A stretch of DNA of 64,000 nucleotides from Candidatus Krumholzibacteriia bacterium (GTDB taxonomy: Bacteria; Krumholzibacteriota; Krumholzibacteriia; LZORAL124-64-63), in assembly GCA_041390065.1 (NCBI GenBank), contig JAWKQQ010000005.1, positions 482,500-546,499 of the forward strand, given 5' to 3'. A program made the translations under genes and the position numbers. Position 1 is the stretch's first letter. The number at the start of each line of letters is the position of its first letter. Shown piece after piece: positions 63,217-64,000 of this stretch. Below the pieces are notes generated by a model. It had not been told where the DNA came from. It made no database searches and was given only the letters and a program-made list of their open reading frames with translations.

Positions 63217-63984
63217 ATGTTCGGACACCGCCGACGCCGACGCGCCCAGCTCATGCAGGCCGAGCCGCCCGCCGCCTGGTCCGATATCCTGGCCCGCCGC
63301 GTGCCGCTCGTGGCCCTGCTCGACGACGCCGACCACCACGAGCTCTTCGGCAAGATGCAGATCTTCCTCGACGAGAAGATCTTCGAGGGCTGCGGCGGAC
63401 TCACCATCACCGACGAGATCAAGGTGACCATCGCCGCCCAGGCCTGCATCCTGCTCCTGCACCGGGACACGGAGTTCTATCCCGACCTCGACACGATCCT
63501 CGTCTATCCCCACGCGTACGTCTCCCACGTGGCGCGCCGCCGGCCCGACGGCACCGTCGAGGAAGGCGCGCAGGCGCGCCTGGGCGAGTCCTGGGCCCGC
63601 GGCGTGGTCGTGCTGTCCTGGGACGACGTGGTGGCCGGCGCCGCCGACATCCACGACGGCCACAACGTCGTGCTGCACGAGTTCGCCCACCAGCTCGACA
63701 ACGAGGCCGGCATCGGCGATGGCGCCCCCGCGTTGCCGCGCGCCTCGATGTACGTGGCCTGGGCCCGCGTCCTGGGCGCCGAATACGCCCACCTACTGGA
63801 CGACATCCACCGGCGGCGGCCGACGGTGCTCGATCCCTACGGGGCGACGAACCCCGCCGAGTTCTTCGCCGTGGCCACCGAGACGTTCTTCGAGAAGTCC
63901 GCGGCCCTGCGGCGCCTGCACCCGGAGCTGTACGAGCAGCTGCGGCTGTTCTACCGGCAGGATCCGGCGGCCCTGGTGGGCTGA
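63217..63984 (+). CDS. mtfA: MtfA-like zinc-dependent peptidase (M90)
   Basis: HEFAHQLD zinc motif, GATNPAEFFAVATETFF, YRQDP C-terminus. Confidence 0.85.
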   Translation: MFGHRRRRRAQLMQAEPPAAWSDILARRVPLVALLDDADHHELFGKMQIFLDEKIFEGCGGLTITDEIKVTIAAQACILLLHRDTEFYPDLDTILVYPHAYVSHVARRRPDGTVEEGAQARLGESWARGVVVLSWDDVVAGAADIHDGHNVVLHEFAHQLDNEAGIGDGAPALPRASMYVAWARVLGAEYAHLLDDIHRRRPTVLDPYGATNPAEFFAVATETFFEKSAALRRLHPELYEQLRLFYRQDPAALVG

Positions 63985-64000
63985 GCGAGGGCGGCCCCCC

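Noticed and set aside
1-64000. Search for rRNA, tRNA, CRISPR arrays, IS elements or transposases, integrases, phage genes, toxin-antitoxin systems or known defence systems.
   Set aside because: By eye, no regularly spaced direct repeats, no cloverleaf-like sequences in the intergenic regions, and no ORF with transposase, integrase, nuclease or helicase motifs. A tRNAscan/Infernal run would be needed to exclude small RNAs formally.

Overview
This is a high-GC (about 70%) bacterial chromosomal segment. I recognise about 55 protein-coding genes and no rRNA, tRNA, CRISPR array, transposase or phage genes. Most very long ORFs in the six-frame track are alternate-frame artefacts of the GC content. 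I chose real frames by family motifs, third-position GC, RBS-like GGAG(G) sequences and ATGA/GTGA coupling.

Gene content, left to right:
- a TPR sensor kinase divergent from a FixJ/LuxR regulator
- a citrate lyase unit (citD-citE fusion plus citF) followed by a long pyruvate-kinase-like gene
- pepD and an M1 aminopeptidase
- an ECF sigma / FecR-like anti-sigma pair next to an RskA-like secreted protein
- a co-directional run tpiA - M16 peptidase - MBOAT - SGNH-like
- crcB plus DUF190
- several secreted proteins with FlgD/T9SS-like C-terminal domains (LVIVD, M28, BNR, GH16)
- a purine salvage cluster (deoxynucleoside kinase, adenosine deaminase, PNP remnant)
- tandem YitT genes, an SLC13 permease and an unusual sensor
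- a GH75-like lipoprotein and a cell-wall amidase
- a complete cbb3 oxidase cluster (ccoI-ccoS-ccoNO-ccoQ-ccoP-ccoG)
- a TolC-EmrA-EmrB efflux operon and mtfA

The fused ccoNO and the FlgD-like sorting domains suggest an uncultured FCB-superphylum-like lineage (inference only).

Most notable observations:
- a membrane sensor whose only cytoplasmic part is a short Cys/His-rich tail
- a response regulator with an N-terminal DHp (H-box) domain but no ATPase domain
- a 15-residue C-terminal tag shared by three secreted proteins
- a 3.5-kb island where two adjacent genes carry many frameshifts while the rest of the window is almost clean
- two perfect inverted DnaA boxes in one intergenic region

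No canonical defence or mobile system was recognised.
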